Assembly (NCBI GenBank): GCA_964005815.1 | Contig: CAXFSR010000023.1 | Span: 32,001 to 96,000, forward strand | Origin: an uncultured Nitrospinaceae bacterium | GTDB lineage: Bacteria > UBA8248 | Length of the DNA: 64,000 bases | Direction of reading: 5' to 3' | In this document: positions 9,285 through 18,372 of the stretch, piece after piece | Position numbering within the stretch: position 1 is the first letter of the stretch | Layout of the letters: every line of letters starts with the position of its first letter | The notes under the pieces: generated by a model | What the model saw: the letters and a program-made list of their open reading frames with translations, nothing else | Told to the model about the DNA's origin: nothing | Databases searched by the model: none | Position numbers and translations under genes: made by a program

Positions 9285-9825
9285 TTCGCCCCTCTTTAAT
9301 TACATTTCGTTCATGGTATAAAAGAAATTTTTTATTTTCAATTCCTCCGGCAAAACCTCCAAGTTCTCCAGAACTTGATATAATACGGTGTCAGGGAATA
9401 ACAATCAAAAAAGGGTTTCGCCTCATTACCTGTCCAACTGCACGATAAGATTTTTTTTTTGAACTTTTTTTAGCTAACCACGCATATGTTCGGGTCTCTC
9501 CATATGGAATTTTATTAGTCTCCTTCAAAATTTTATAAGTAAATTCACTACAATTTTCGTAATTAAGTGGAAGGGAAAACTTTTTTCGAGTTCCTTTAAA
9601 ATATTCATATAATTGGTGTCTAGCTCTATGTTCAATATCGGGAATATTTTGATTGTTTAAAGAAGGTTTCTTCTCTAACCGAATAGAATCTATTCCTTTG
9701 GGTGAAGTAGAAATTAAAATATTTTGCATGAAATTTTTTATCGAGAAATTGATTGTTTTAACTTTAATTGATTCACAAAATAGTCCTGAAACACCCAAAG
9801 AAAATTCCTGTTTGTTTTTTTTCAT
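9277..9825 (-). CDS. ogt: Methylated-DNA--protein methyltransferase (Ogt/AGT), predicted selenoprotein (182 aa)
   Basis: ORF stops at TGA 9391-9393, but the frame continues NPFLIVIP-U-HRIISSSGELGGFAGGIENKKFLLYHE to TAA at 9277-9279. The PCHR active-site Cys is replaced by TGA; a hairpin follows. Confidence 0.9.
9360..9377 (-). promoter_or_regulatory. Putative SECIS element of ogt
   Basis: CAAGTTC-TGGA-GAACTTG perfect 7-bp stem starting 13 nt after the UGA; G in the loop. Confidence 0.7.
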
Positions 9826-9827
9826 CT

Positions 9828-11051
9828 TTAAAATCTTGATACTAGATTTTCAAAATATGTTTTTCCTATTCTTAAACGTAGCAATTGGTTGGTTCCATCT
9901 GAATGTAAAAAGGTGCTTGCATCTCTTAAATATTTCTCCATTGGGGATGATTGCATAATTCCAGCACCACCAAATATCTCTACTCCTAGTCGTGCACACT
10001 CAAAAGCGGCTTCTGATGCAAAAATTTTACATTTCCAGCCTTGTGTATAGTCATAAGGCTTTTGATTGTCTACCGCCCAAGCCGTTTTTAAAATATAATT
10101 TCTTGCAATGTCCAAATTCATAGCCATGTCCGCTAACATCATTTCTATTGCTTGGTGTTTGCCTATAACCTTTCCACCCTGCACTCTTTCTTGGGCATGA
10201 GATAATGCATGTTCAAAAGCAGCCCTCCCAACACCCAAAGCAGTAGCAGCGGCCTCCGGTTTTCCCATTGAAAGAAGGTTTCCTCTTATTTCAAACATGC
10301 TTCCTTCGCCAAGAATAATATGATCCTCCGGGATCTCTACATTATTAAAAAAAATCTCCGAATTCATAGAAAGTCTTTGCCCAATTTTTTCATTAACCTC
10401 GCCAATAGAAATACCTTTCGTTTCTCTTGGAACAAGAAAACCCGAAAGACCCTCTCTTAAGTTTTTATTTTTATCTGTCCTAGCAGCAACAACATACAAA
10501 GATGCTACTGGACCATTGCTTATATATCGCTTTTGTCCATTAATGATCCATTTGCCATTTTTTTTGTGGGCAAATGTATTTAACGCAATAGATACATCAT
10601 CATAATATCCCTGATGATCGCTGCCACAATCAGGCTCGGTCATTGGGATAGCGGCTAAAAATCTTGGTTCTTCACATAATTTTTTAAGCCAAGGATCGCG
10701 AACATGGGGGTCAACCTTTTCTAAAATATGCGCAAGTTTCCATGTTTGATCTAAATTAACCGCAAAACCTAAATCCCCAACTGCTAATTCCTCTCCAGCG
10801 AGACAACAAGAAACAACGTCCCCATTTAAACCACCGTACTTTTCTGGATATGGGAGTTGCCTTAACCCAAGCTTGCTAGCTTTTTCTGTTAAATCCCAAG
10901 GCATTCTTTTTTCCCAATCCGAAATTTTATCTCGCTCTAATGCTACAGGAGCGATTTCTTCATATGAGAACTTTCGTGCGATGCTCTGAATATTTTTTTG
11001 TTTTTCCGTTAAATTAAAGTCCATACCCTCTATCCTTTGTGAATTTTTCAT
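9828..11051 (-). CDS. Acyl-CoA dehydrogenase family protein
   Basis: MTEPDCGSD, INGQKRYISNG, ERVQGGKVIG, IFGGAG; true start may be MDFNL. Confidence 0.92.
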   Translation of the reverse strand: MKNSQRIEGMDFNLTEKQKNIQSIARKFSYEEIAPVALERDKISDWEKRMPWDLTEKASKLGLRQLPYPEKYGGLNGDVVSCCLAGEELAVGDLGFAVNLDQTWKLAHILEKVDPHVRDPWLKKLCEEPRFLAAIPMTEPDCGSDHQGYYDDVSIALNTFAHKKNGKWIINGQKRYISNGPVASLYVVAARTDKNKNLREGLSGFLVPRETKGISIGEVNEKIGQRLSMNSEIFFNNVEIPEDHIILGEGSMFEIRGNLLSMGKPEAAATALGVGRAAFEHALSHAQERVQGGKVIGKHQAIEMMLADMAMNLDIARNYILKTAWAVDNQKPYDYTQGWKCKIFASEAAFECARLGVEIFGGAGIMQSSPMEKYLRDASTFLHSDGTNQLLRLRIGKTYFENLVSRF

Positions 11052-11830
11052 TCCCCTCTAAAAACAGGTTTTCTTTTTTCTTTAAAAGCAAGGAGAGCTT
11101 CTTTGAAGTCTTTGGTAAAATTTAGGGGCTTTCTTTTTTCGTGAGAAATATCTAGTGCTTCTTTGTTTTTCATCCCTATAATTCGATCAATAACAAACTT
11201 AGCTCCTTGAACACCTAAAGGACCATTGTCTCGAATCTGTTCTGCCACTTTCATTACTTCTTCCATTAAAACATTTTTTTCAAATGAACGATTTGCCAAT
11301 CCGATTCTTTCAGCTTCTATGCCATCTATTGATTTGCTCGTATAAATAAGTTCTTTCGCAAGACCAATAGGGATTAGTCTCTGAAGGCGCACTACACCTC
11401 CACCACCCGGGAAAATACCCAACCTACATTCTGGGAGGCATAACGTAGCGTCGTTAGAAACAAATCTAAAATCACAGGCGAGAGTAATCTCAACTCCCCA
11501 ACCAAAAGCATGGCCATTAATAGCCGCTATCGTTGGCATTGGAAGTGATTCCCAAAGGCTGCTAGTGCTCATTGTGTTGTCTTGAAATAAATTCGCTTCC
11601 TCTTCGCTATGATTTGCGCTTTCTTTTAGATCTCTGCCCGTACTAAAGGAACGCCCGCTTCCAGTTAAAACAACAACTCGAATACTTTTATTTTTTGAAA
11701 GTTCCCTGGAAATCTCACAAAATTCTTCACTTAAATTCATCCCTATAGAATTTAGCCGCTCTGGTCTATTTAGGGTGACAATTCCGATTCCTTCTGTTTC
11801 TTCATAAATAATTTCTTTGTAGTTGCCCAA
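11048..11830 (-). CDS. Enoyl-CoA hydratase/isomerase (crotonase family)
   Basis: LNRPERLN, AINGHAFGWGVE, PECRLGIFPGGG, EKRKPVFRGE. Confidence 0.92.
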   Translation of the reverse strand: MGNYKEIIYEETEGIGIVTLNRPERLNSIGMNLSEEFCEISRELSKNKSIRVVVLTGSGRSFSTGRDLKESANHSEEEANLFQDNTMSTSSLWESLPMPTIAAINGHAFGWGVEITLACDFRFVSNDATLCLPECRLGIFPGGGGVVRLQRLIPIGLAKELIYTSKSIDGIEAERIGLANRSFEKNVLMEEVMKVAEQIRDNGPLGVQGAKFVIDRIIGMKNKEALDISHEKRKPLNFTKDFKEALLAFKEKRKPVFRGE

Positions 11831-11867
11831 AAATCTACCCTCTTTTCATTTTGATAAAATTTGCGAA

Positions 11868-12398
11868 CTATTTTACTATTTGCGTAACGATACGATCTAC
11901 ATAATTATAGGTAACTTTTTGCATCTCGTTTTTGCTTAAATTGCTAACTGGATGTGGAAGTTGTATAAACTCATGTCCTGGCATTCCTTTTCCGCGAAAC
12001 TGAAACTCTGCAGCCGGCTTAAAAGCTTCTGTAATTATTGTAGTCGCAGGAATTCCTCTTTTTTCAAACTGCACTGTGTCATGCACACTGCATAACGTGC
12101 AAGAACCTCAACCACCCAAGGCAGCAATTGCAACATCAACTTCTCTAGACATGTCCTCTATCATTTTATCAGGAGCAGGTTTTGAATAATGTTCTTTCCT
12201 GTTGATAATTACCTTGGCAACGTCAAATCTTTCTCTTAATTGCCTCCCCAAAGCTTCTAAAATAACATTCGCTTGTTCCTTGGTGTTGTCTATCATCCCA
12301 ATAATTTTTCCAGACAAATCCTCTGGTCTTTCTGCGAGTTTTATTTTTTTGCTACTAGTCGAGGCTGTTGGATCGATAAAATCATTTATATCTTTCAT
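11868..12398 (-). CDS. UGSC-family selenoprotein (176 aa)
   Basis: ORFs 12108..12398 and 11868..12086 are in the same frame, joined through TGA 12108-12110: AIAALGG-U-GSCTLCSVHDTVQFEKRGIP. Confidence 0.9.
12070..12101 (-). promoter_or_regulatory. Putative SECIS element of the UGSC gene
   Basis: TGCAC-GTTATGCA-[GTG]-TGCATGAC-ACA-GTGCA two-part stem; loop begins 19 nt after the UGA. Confidence 0.75.
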
Positions 12399-12479
12399 AC
12401 AGGCATACTCCTTTACAATAATTGGGAAATTAGATCATATAACCTGTCTTAAATTCTGTCTAGTTTTTGACTTTATATT

Positions 12480-13505
12480 TTAACTATCGATTTTTTCAGA
12501 AACGGCTCGGCTTGTACCATTCCAACCGTTCATGACAGCGGACATTGGACCGGGTATTCCTCCAGCAACAATAATAAACAATCTATCAGGGTTTTTTACA
12601 GAGGGAACAAAAAAATCATCGTCTTCTGGATCTGCATCAATAGACCAAGATTTTATTCGAGAGACTGTGTAGCGTCCAGTATTTCTAATCTCTGACATAG
12701 ATCTTCCAGCTTTATCTAATAAAATTTCTTTTACTTTTTCCTTAGAAAGTCCAGCATCTGAACAAATTTTTGCTTGTTGTGGAGAAAAAACAATTATTTG
12801 ATCTGTATCTCCGCAAATATTCATAGAACCAAGATGAGACATTGAATCAGCAATACTTCTTAATAAAGGAAGGGGTTCATTGCTCATATCATCCCATACC
12901 GTAATTGGGGCTTCTGCAGCAATTGCAGTGACTATATTTTCATCTTCGGAAAAACCAAGAGTGACAGAAAGTGGTTCCCAGGGACTTTCTGTTTCATTTT
13001 CTGCAATACAAAAAGTGTATCTTGAAGAGCTAGAAAAGGTGCTCATTGTTGAAATTCCAGGTATTCCTGAACCTAGGTTCATCATCATTAGTCGAATCGC
13101 TCTACCAATAGTTGCGTTTGCCCTAAATCCAGGTCCAAAACAACCAAGGCCACCATTTAAACCTATTTCTTTTGAGTAGACGCCGTTTACAAGCAAAAAT
13201 GGAGCTGCAGGGGAAAGGGTAGCCTGAAGACCATTTAAATTAAACTTTTCTTTTAAAATAGCACGTACTGAAGCAATTAGTAGATTCATATACTCTGGCT
13301 TACAACCAGCCATAACAGCATGTACTGCTATTGAATAGATAGATACGCTCGAAAATGCAGGTGGAAATTCGCCAACTAATTCTTCGGGAGAGTCTTTAAT
13401 AGAAGAAAGCATTCTGCTTACTTTTTCTTCTGTTGGTGGAATTACTGGCAATCCGTCAGACCACTCTTTTTCGAAGAAAAATTCAAATTCATCTGAGGGA
13501 CACAT
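12480..13505 (-). CDS. UGSC-associated uncharacterised protein (WSDGLPVIPPT family)
   Basis: 341 aa; WSDGLPVIPPT, AVMAGCKPEY, RANATIGRA, AENETESPWEPL. I recall this family lying next to or fused with UGSC domains. Confidence 0.75.
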   Translation of the reverse strand: MCPSDEFEFFFEKEWSDGLPVIPPTEEKVSRMLSSIKDSPEELVGEFPPAFSSVSIYSIAVHAVMAGCKPEYMNLLIASVRAILKEKFNLNGLQATLSPAAPFLLVNGVYSKEIGLNGGLGCFGPGFRANATIGRAIRLMMMNLGSGIPGISTMSTFSSSSRYTFCIAENETESPWEPLSVTLGFSEDENIVTAIAAEAPITVWDDMSNEPLPLLRSIADSMSHLGSMNICGDTDQIIVFSPQQAKICSDAGLSKEKVKEILLDKAGRSMSEIRNTGRYTVSRIKSWSIDADPEDDDFFVPSVKNPDRLFIIVAGGIPGPMSAVMNGWNGTSRAVSEKIDS

Positions 13506-13531
13506 AAAAATATCTTTTAGAGTAAGTTTAA

Positions 13532-13759
13532 CTATCTTTTTCTAATCAGGATCCAAGAAAGTATGGTTAAGGTGAACAAACCAACAAGATTATTCTTTCC
13601 GATAACTTTCAAAACCTGTTCTAGATTTCCTACAACATCTAAACCAATAAACGAAAAATCTCTACCAAAAATAATTTGCAAAACAATTGCAATTGAAGCA
13701 ACAAGAACACTAAGTTCTAAAACATCTCTTAAGTATCTTTTTAATTGGTTCAGTAACAT
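13532..13759 (-). CDS. Small membrane protein, paralog 2 (75 aa)
   Basis: Two hydrophobic segments; colinear with 13897..14124 (LQIIFG/LQLVFG, GN, LVGL); AGGAG RBS. Confidence 0.75.
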   Translation of the reverse strand: MLLNQLKRYLRDVLELSVLVASIAIVLQIIFGRDFSFIGLDVVGNLEQVLKVIGKNNLVGLFTLTILSWILIRKR

Positions 13760-13835
13760 TTGAATCTCCTTACATCAATTCAAACGAAAAATTATAAACT
13801 TCCTTAAATAAGTAACTTATGTCAATAAATATACT

Positions 13836-13874
13836 ACAACAAAAATCCCCGCCACAAAAACCTGCGACGGGGAT
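13836..13874 (-). terminator. Intrinsic terminator after small membrane protein paralog 1
   Basis: Minus strand ATCCCCGTCGCA...TGTGGCGGGGAT stem followed by TTTTGTTG. Confidence 0.75.
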
Positions 13875-13896
13875 CTTCTTATTCTGACCTATAAAC

Positions 13897-14124
13897 CTAG
13901 TTTCTGCTTCTTACTAACCATATTAAAGTACCTAATGTTACTAATCCAACTAAACCTGCATTTCCTAAATCACCTACAATTTTTGTAATATTACCTATTG
14001 CATCGGCTCCAATGAATGCGACTTGTTTCCCAAAAACAAGCTGTAAAGCTATTGCTAGACCTGTGAGACCTAGTGCCACATCCACAAGATCCTTAATCCA
14101 ACCTTTCACTCGATCCATCATCAT
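13897..14124 (-). CDS. Small membrane protein, paralog 1 (75 aa)
   Basis: Strong RBS GAAGGAGG; hydrophobic, Gly-rich; followed by a terminator. Confidence 0.8.
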   Translation of the reverse strand: MMMDRVKGWIKDLVDVALGLTGLAIALQLVFGKQVAFIGADAIGNITKIVGDLGNAGLVGLVTLGTLIWLVRSRN

Positions 14125-14395
14125 TCAAACTCCTCCTTCATGTACGGGCGATATATACAACTACGTTTCCGTTAATAAGGGCGAAAAATTAAAATTTATC
14201 TTGGGGATAAAAACTACTTAGGACAATCTGAGCGGGTTAAACAATACTTAACTTACTTATAACTCTATTATAAAAATGATTTTTTACTCTTGCGCAAGTA
14301 AAATATTTAAAAAACTTTCACTATTTGCATTATTGGCTGATTTTTAACGTAATTTTCACAGAATTCTAAAGAATAAAAGCTACAATTTATGCTTT

Positions 14396-14851
14396 TTATA
14401 GAGAATTGAAGACTTCTTTTGCGTGACCCTTCACTTTCACATTTTCAAAAACTTTTTCGATAATACCAATATCATTAATTATATAAGTCGTTCTAAATAC
14501 GCTTTTAAATTTTCTTCCATACATACTCTTTTCACCATAAACACCGTATTTTGTTGAAACTAAGGCATCTGGATCGGCTAATAAGTGAAAATTTAATTCA
14601 AGCTTTTCGCTGAATTGTTTGTGGCTAACTTCATTGTCTGGGCTTATTCCAAAAACAACCGCTCCCTTTTTTTCAATTTTTTTTGAAATTTTATTAAACT
14701 CTTGCGCTTCTACCGTACAGCCAGGCGTATTGTCTTTTGGGTAGAAATATAAGACTACTTTTCTCCCTTTATACCTTGAAAGCCTGTGAATTTTCCCGTA
14801 CTGATCCCTAAGAGTAAATGCGGGAGCCTTACTTTTTAATTTTAACACCAA
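14396..14851 (-). CDS. bcp: Peroxiredoxin Bcp
   Basis: YFYPKDNTPGCTVEA. Confidence 0.92.
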   Translation of the reverse strand: MVLKLKSKAPAFTLRDQYGKIHRLSRYKGRKVVLYFYPKDNTPGCTVEAQEFNKISKKIEKKGAVVFGISPDNEVSHKQFSEKLELNFHLLADPDALVSTKYGVYGEKSMYGRKFKSVFRTTYIINDIGIIEKVFENVKVKGHAKEVFNSL

Positions 14852-14942
14852 GGAATTTCTCCTTAAAGTTCAATCATTTATACTCTAAAGAGAGGCTAAC
14901 ACGAAGAAATTCTTTGTTCAAGAACATAAACTTCGAAATTGA

Positions 14943-15821
14943 TTAATTCCCCCAATCTCTAGAATAACGAAAATCTCTATCTATAGTGCGCGGACCAATT
15001 TTTGCTATTAGAGGAAGCCTTCTTTTGTACTGGCTAACCATTATTAATCTCGAGATGCCTTTCACTAAATTTTCATCAAATCCATCATCGATCACATCCT
15101 GGACAGAAAATCTACAATCAACAAGCATATACAAAACGGCATCTGCTTCTTCGTATGTATATCCAAGTTCTTGCTCGTCTGTTTGGCCTGCCCATAAATC
15201 AGCGCTTGGAGCCTTTTCAACCACCTGAGAAGGAACTCCTAAATATCTAGACAATTGTCGAACTTGCGTCTTAAATAGGTCTCCTAATGGATTTAAAGCA
15301 CTGGCCATATCTCCAAAAAGAGTTCCATAGCCCAATAATAGTTCAGTTTTATTAGAAGTACCGACAACAAGGGCATTTAGCATAGCGGAGTGATCGTATA
15401 ATATAGTCATTCTTTCACGAGCCATTTTATTTCCTTTTCTAAGCTCGCTGGCATCTTTATATAGCTCAAAATACGCGTCAATCTGTTTAGATATATCAAC
15501 TACCTTAATTTTAATTCCACAAGCTTTCGCTACAGCTCTGGCATCTTCTTCGCTTTTAGGACTGGAAAGCCTGTATGGCATAATAACACCCGTCACGTTT
15601 TCTGGGCCCATTGCACTCGCAGCTAAAAAAGCAGACAACGAACTATCAATACCACCGGACAACCCCAGAACAGATTTTTTTATACCAACTTTAGAGATTT
15701 CGTCTCTCAAAAAACCTACTAACATTTTAACCGTTTCCTGCTCGTTAAGCTTTAACTTGTTTAAGGTTTCAGTAAACATTATCGATTCCAATTTAAATTT
15801 ATTTGCCATAGAAACAACCAT
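14943..15821 (-). CDS. nadE: NAD+ synthetase, synthetase subunit
   Basis: [10 protein letters not shown]-loop, [22 protein letters not shown]. Confidence 0.95.
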   Translation of the reverse strand: MVVSMANKFKLESIMFTETLNKLKLNEQETVKMLVGFLRDEISKVGIKKSVLGLSGGIDSSLSAFLAASAMGPENVTGVIMPYRLSSPKSEEDARAVAKACGIKIKVVDISKQIDAYFELYKDASELRKGNKMARERMTILYDHSAMLNALVVGTSNKTELLLGYGTLFGDMASALNPLGDLFKTQVRQLSRYLGVPSQVVEKAPSADLWAGQTDEQELGYTYEEADAVLYMLVDCRFSVQDVIDDGFDENLVKGISRLIMVSQYKRRLPLIAKIGPRTIDRDFRYSRDWGN

Positions 15822-15928
15822 TTACTATGTTACTTGACCTAAATATAAAGATAAAGTTAACTTTCTCGTATAAAAATATTCAAGAAAGCGCGATAAAGAT
15901 TTTAGACACTCATTAAAGGGTATACCCG

Positions 15929-16507
15929 ATGCCTCCTGAATTTAAAAAGCTACAACATTTAGCATTGAAAGTTAGAAATATTCAAAACTCTCTGAAGTTT
16001 TATTGTGATATTTTAGGATTTAAGACTACAGAAAGTTATAGACTCGACACAGAAAAGGGCTATCAAGATTCTATTAATTTTATCACTTGTTCTAATAAAC
16101 ATCATGTGATTAACCTAGTGCAAATATCTGAAAGTCACAAACCAAAAGATATTGAGCCCCCATCTAATTCTAGAGACACACATGTTTATGGTCTTCATCA
16201 TTTTGCATTTGAAGTAAAAAATAAAACTGAATTTAAAAAATGGGAAGTACACCTAACAGAAAACAAAATTAAGATAGTAAAGGGGCCTTTAGTTCATAGC
16301 CCAACTCATCCAGAAGGTGACGGTTCTTGGGGTGAAAATAGAGCACTTTATTTTTGCGATCCTGACGGAAATGCTATAGAAATTTTCTGTGATATGGCAA
16401 ATATCAACTTTGCTACTCACGAAATTGACGATCTTTGGTTTAGGCAAAGAATTAAAAAAGATGGTTTCGATCCTCTTGAGATTTTAAAACCAGATTTGAA
16501 CATTTAG
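15929..16507 (+). CDS. VOC (glyoxalase/extradiol dioxygenase) family protein
   Basis: QHLALKV, GLHHFAFEV, LYFCDPDGNAIE. Confidence 0.85.
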   Translation: MPPEFKKLQHLALKVRNIQNSLKFYCDILGFKTTESYRLDTEKGYQDSINFITCSNKHHVINLVQISESHKPKDIEPPSNSRDTHVYGLHHFAFEVKNKTEFKKWEVHLTENKIKIVKGPLVHSPTHPEGDGSWGENRALYFCDPDGNAIEIFCDMANINFATHEIDDLWFRQRIKKDGFDPLEILKPDLNI

Positions 16508-17364
16508 TTTTTTTTCCCAGATTGGATTCTATTAAATTCTTTTTGGAACAAAAGGGTTTTTTCATCTCTGTAAGTAGGAGACGCAATACGAGAACGTCTT
16601 ATGTCTTTACTGTCAACTTCTACAGAATATATAGACGAACTAGAGCGTGGTGCTTTTTTAATAGTTTTTCCTTCTGGGGAAACAATACGGGAACCTCCCC
16701 AAAAATTAACTCCATCTTCATACCCAATTCTGTTTGAAAAAACAACAAATTGATTATAAGTGATGGAATATGTCGCAAGAATAGATTCCCAAGATCTTTC
16801 TATGGCTAAATTCGACTTTGATTTAGCTTGATTCGTGCCCCTGAAAGGACTCGAAGATGGGATAATTAAATAGTCTGCTCCATCTTGAGACGCAAGAAAA
16901 GCGAGGCTCGGGTGCCAAGCATCTTCACAAATTAAAATTGCAACTCTTCCAATGTTTGTATCAAAAGCTCCAATTCTTTTCCCTGAACCAAAATATCTGC
17001 TTTCATCAAACATTCCATAAGTGGGCAAATAAATTTTTCTATGGATATAAATTAACTTTCCATTTTCAAAATATGCAGCAGAATTATAAAAAACATGTCT
17101 TGAAGATTCTTCAACAAAACCTAAAACGATTGATATTCCTTCACTCAATGAAGCAATATGTTTAATTAATTTAGAGTTCTTTTTTTGCGCAACATCGGGT
17201 ACAAAATCTTTTAAAAAATACCCGGTCAACGAAAGTTCTGGGAAAACCAAAAGTTTTACATTTTTCTTTTTTGCACTTTTTACCATCGATTCAATAATAT
17301 TCAAGTTTGCATCAATATCACCTAGAAATGGCTTCGTTTGGGCATTTGCTACTAAAAACTTCAA
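16504..17364 (-). CDS. Carbon-nitrogen hydrolase (nitrilase family), probable glutaminase subunit of NAD synthetase
   Basis: E-K-C triad in FPEL, RKIYLPTYGMFDESRYF and ICED. Confidence 0.85.
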   Translation of the reverse strand: MKFLVANAQTKPFLGDIDANLNIIESMVKSAKKKNVKLLVFPELSLTGYFLKDFVPDVAQKKNSKLIKHIASLSEGISIVLGFVEESSRHVFYNSAAYFENGKLIYIHRKIYLPTYGMFDESRYFGSGKRIGAFDTNIGRVAILICEDAWHPSLAFLASQDGADYLIIPSSSPFRGTNQAKSKSNLAIERSWESILATYSITYNQFVVFSNRIGYEDGVNFWGGSRIVSPEGKTIKKAPRSSSSIYSVEVDSKDIRRSRIASPTYRDEKTLLFQKEFNRIQSGKKN

Positions 17365-17460
17365 TGAAATCTCCGTAAAAAAATTTAAAAGTAAGGAAAA
17401 TTGATTCTAATTCATTAGATTGCATATTAAAAAGAAAGAAATTAATTTTTATTATAAAAA

Positions 17461-18372
17461 TCAATTAAGAATTTTATGCATAATTCCCTCAAGAGTTTCC
17501 TTGGAATAATACTCAATTACCAATAATCCCTTTTGATCGCTTCCTTTAATGCCAACTTTAGTTCCCAACTTCGAGCGAATCTTTTCAATAGCATCCTCTA
17601 TAAACACATTATTTTTCGATTTTGATAACTTATTCTCTTCAGCAACACCTTTTTTTCTTTGAGAGTCGTTGCTGGCGAATTTTTTTATTTCTGATTCAAG
17701 TTGCCGAACAGATAATTTCTCCTTAATAGCTTTTTCGCTAAATTCCATAATCTGTTCTGTATTAATTAAAGAAAGCAGGGCTCTCGCATGTCCCATAGTA
17801 TGCTCTCCGTTGGCAACTCTTTTCCGCACCAACTCAGGAAGCTTCAACAAGCGAATATAGTTTGCAATTGTGGAGCGGTCCTTTCCAACACGCTCAGCAA
17901 CCTCCTCTTGGGTGAGGTTATATTTAATCATTAAGTTTTCGTAAGCTTTTGATTCTTCTATTGGGTTTAAATCTGATCTTTGGAGATTTTCCACTATCGA
18001 GACTTCGAGCGTTTCTTTCTCCATAATATCCGTAAAAATTGCAGGGATTGTGCTAAGGTTTGCAATTTTGGCTGCACGCCATCTTCTCTCTCCTGCTACA
18101 ATTTCAAACCTGTCTTCATTTAATTTTTTTAACAATATAGGCTGTATTACGCCATGATTAGAAACTGAGTTTGCTAGATTTATCAAATCTTCTTCGTTAA
18201 ATATTTCCCGTGGTTGATGTTTTCCTGATTGTATCTTGCTTAGCTCAATCTGTTTGACGAAATTTAAATTTTTTTCATCAGATTTCACAGACAACTCTGA
18301 AGAATTGACTTCTTCAGAGTTTGAGACTGACAACAGAGCATCTAAACCACGCCCTAAAGCTTTTTTCGCCAT
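17461..18372 (-). CDS. parB: Chromosome partitioning protein ParB/Spo0J
   Basis: KKALGRGLDAL, AGERRWRA, ENLQRSDL, HTH VGKDRSTIANYIRL. Confidence 0.97.
   Translation of the reverse strand: MAKKALGRGLDALLSVSNSEEVNSSELSVKSDEKNLNFVKQIELSKIQSGKHQPREIFNEEDLINLANSVSNHGVIQPILLKKLNEDRFEIVAGERRWRAAKIANLSTIPAIFTDIMEKETLEVSIVENLQRSDLNPIEESKAYENLMIKYNLTQEEVAERVGKDRSTIANYIRLLKLPELVRKRVANGEHTMGHARALLSLINTEQIMEFSEKAIKEKLSVRQLESEIKKFASNDSQRKKGVAEENKLSKSKNNVFIEDAIEKIRSKLGTKVGIKGSDQKGLLVIEYYSKETLEGIMHKILN

Noticed and set aside
9277..9825. ogt, and likewise the UGSC, DsbA and Grx genes, as nonsense pseudogenes
   Set aside because: Four independent mutations hitting only the active-site Cys codon, with intact downstream frames and similarly spaced hairpins, are far less likely than Sec recoding.
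14396..14851. Bcp as a selenoprotein
   Set aside because: The peroxidatic residue is TGT (Cys) and the ORF is uninterrupted.
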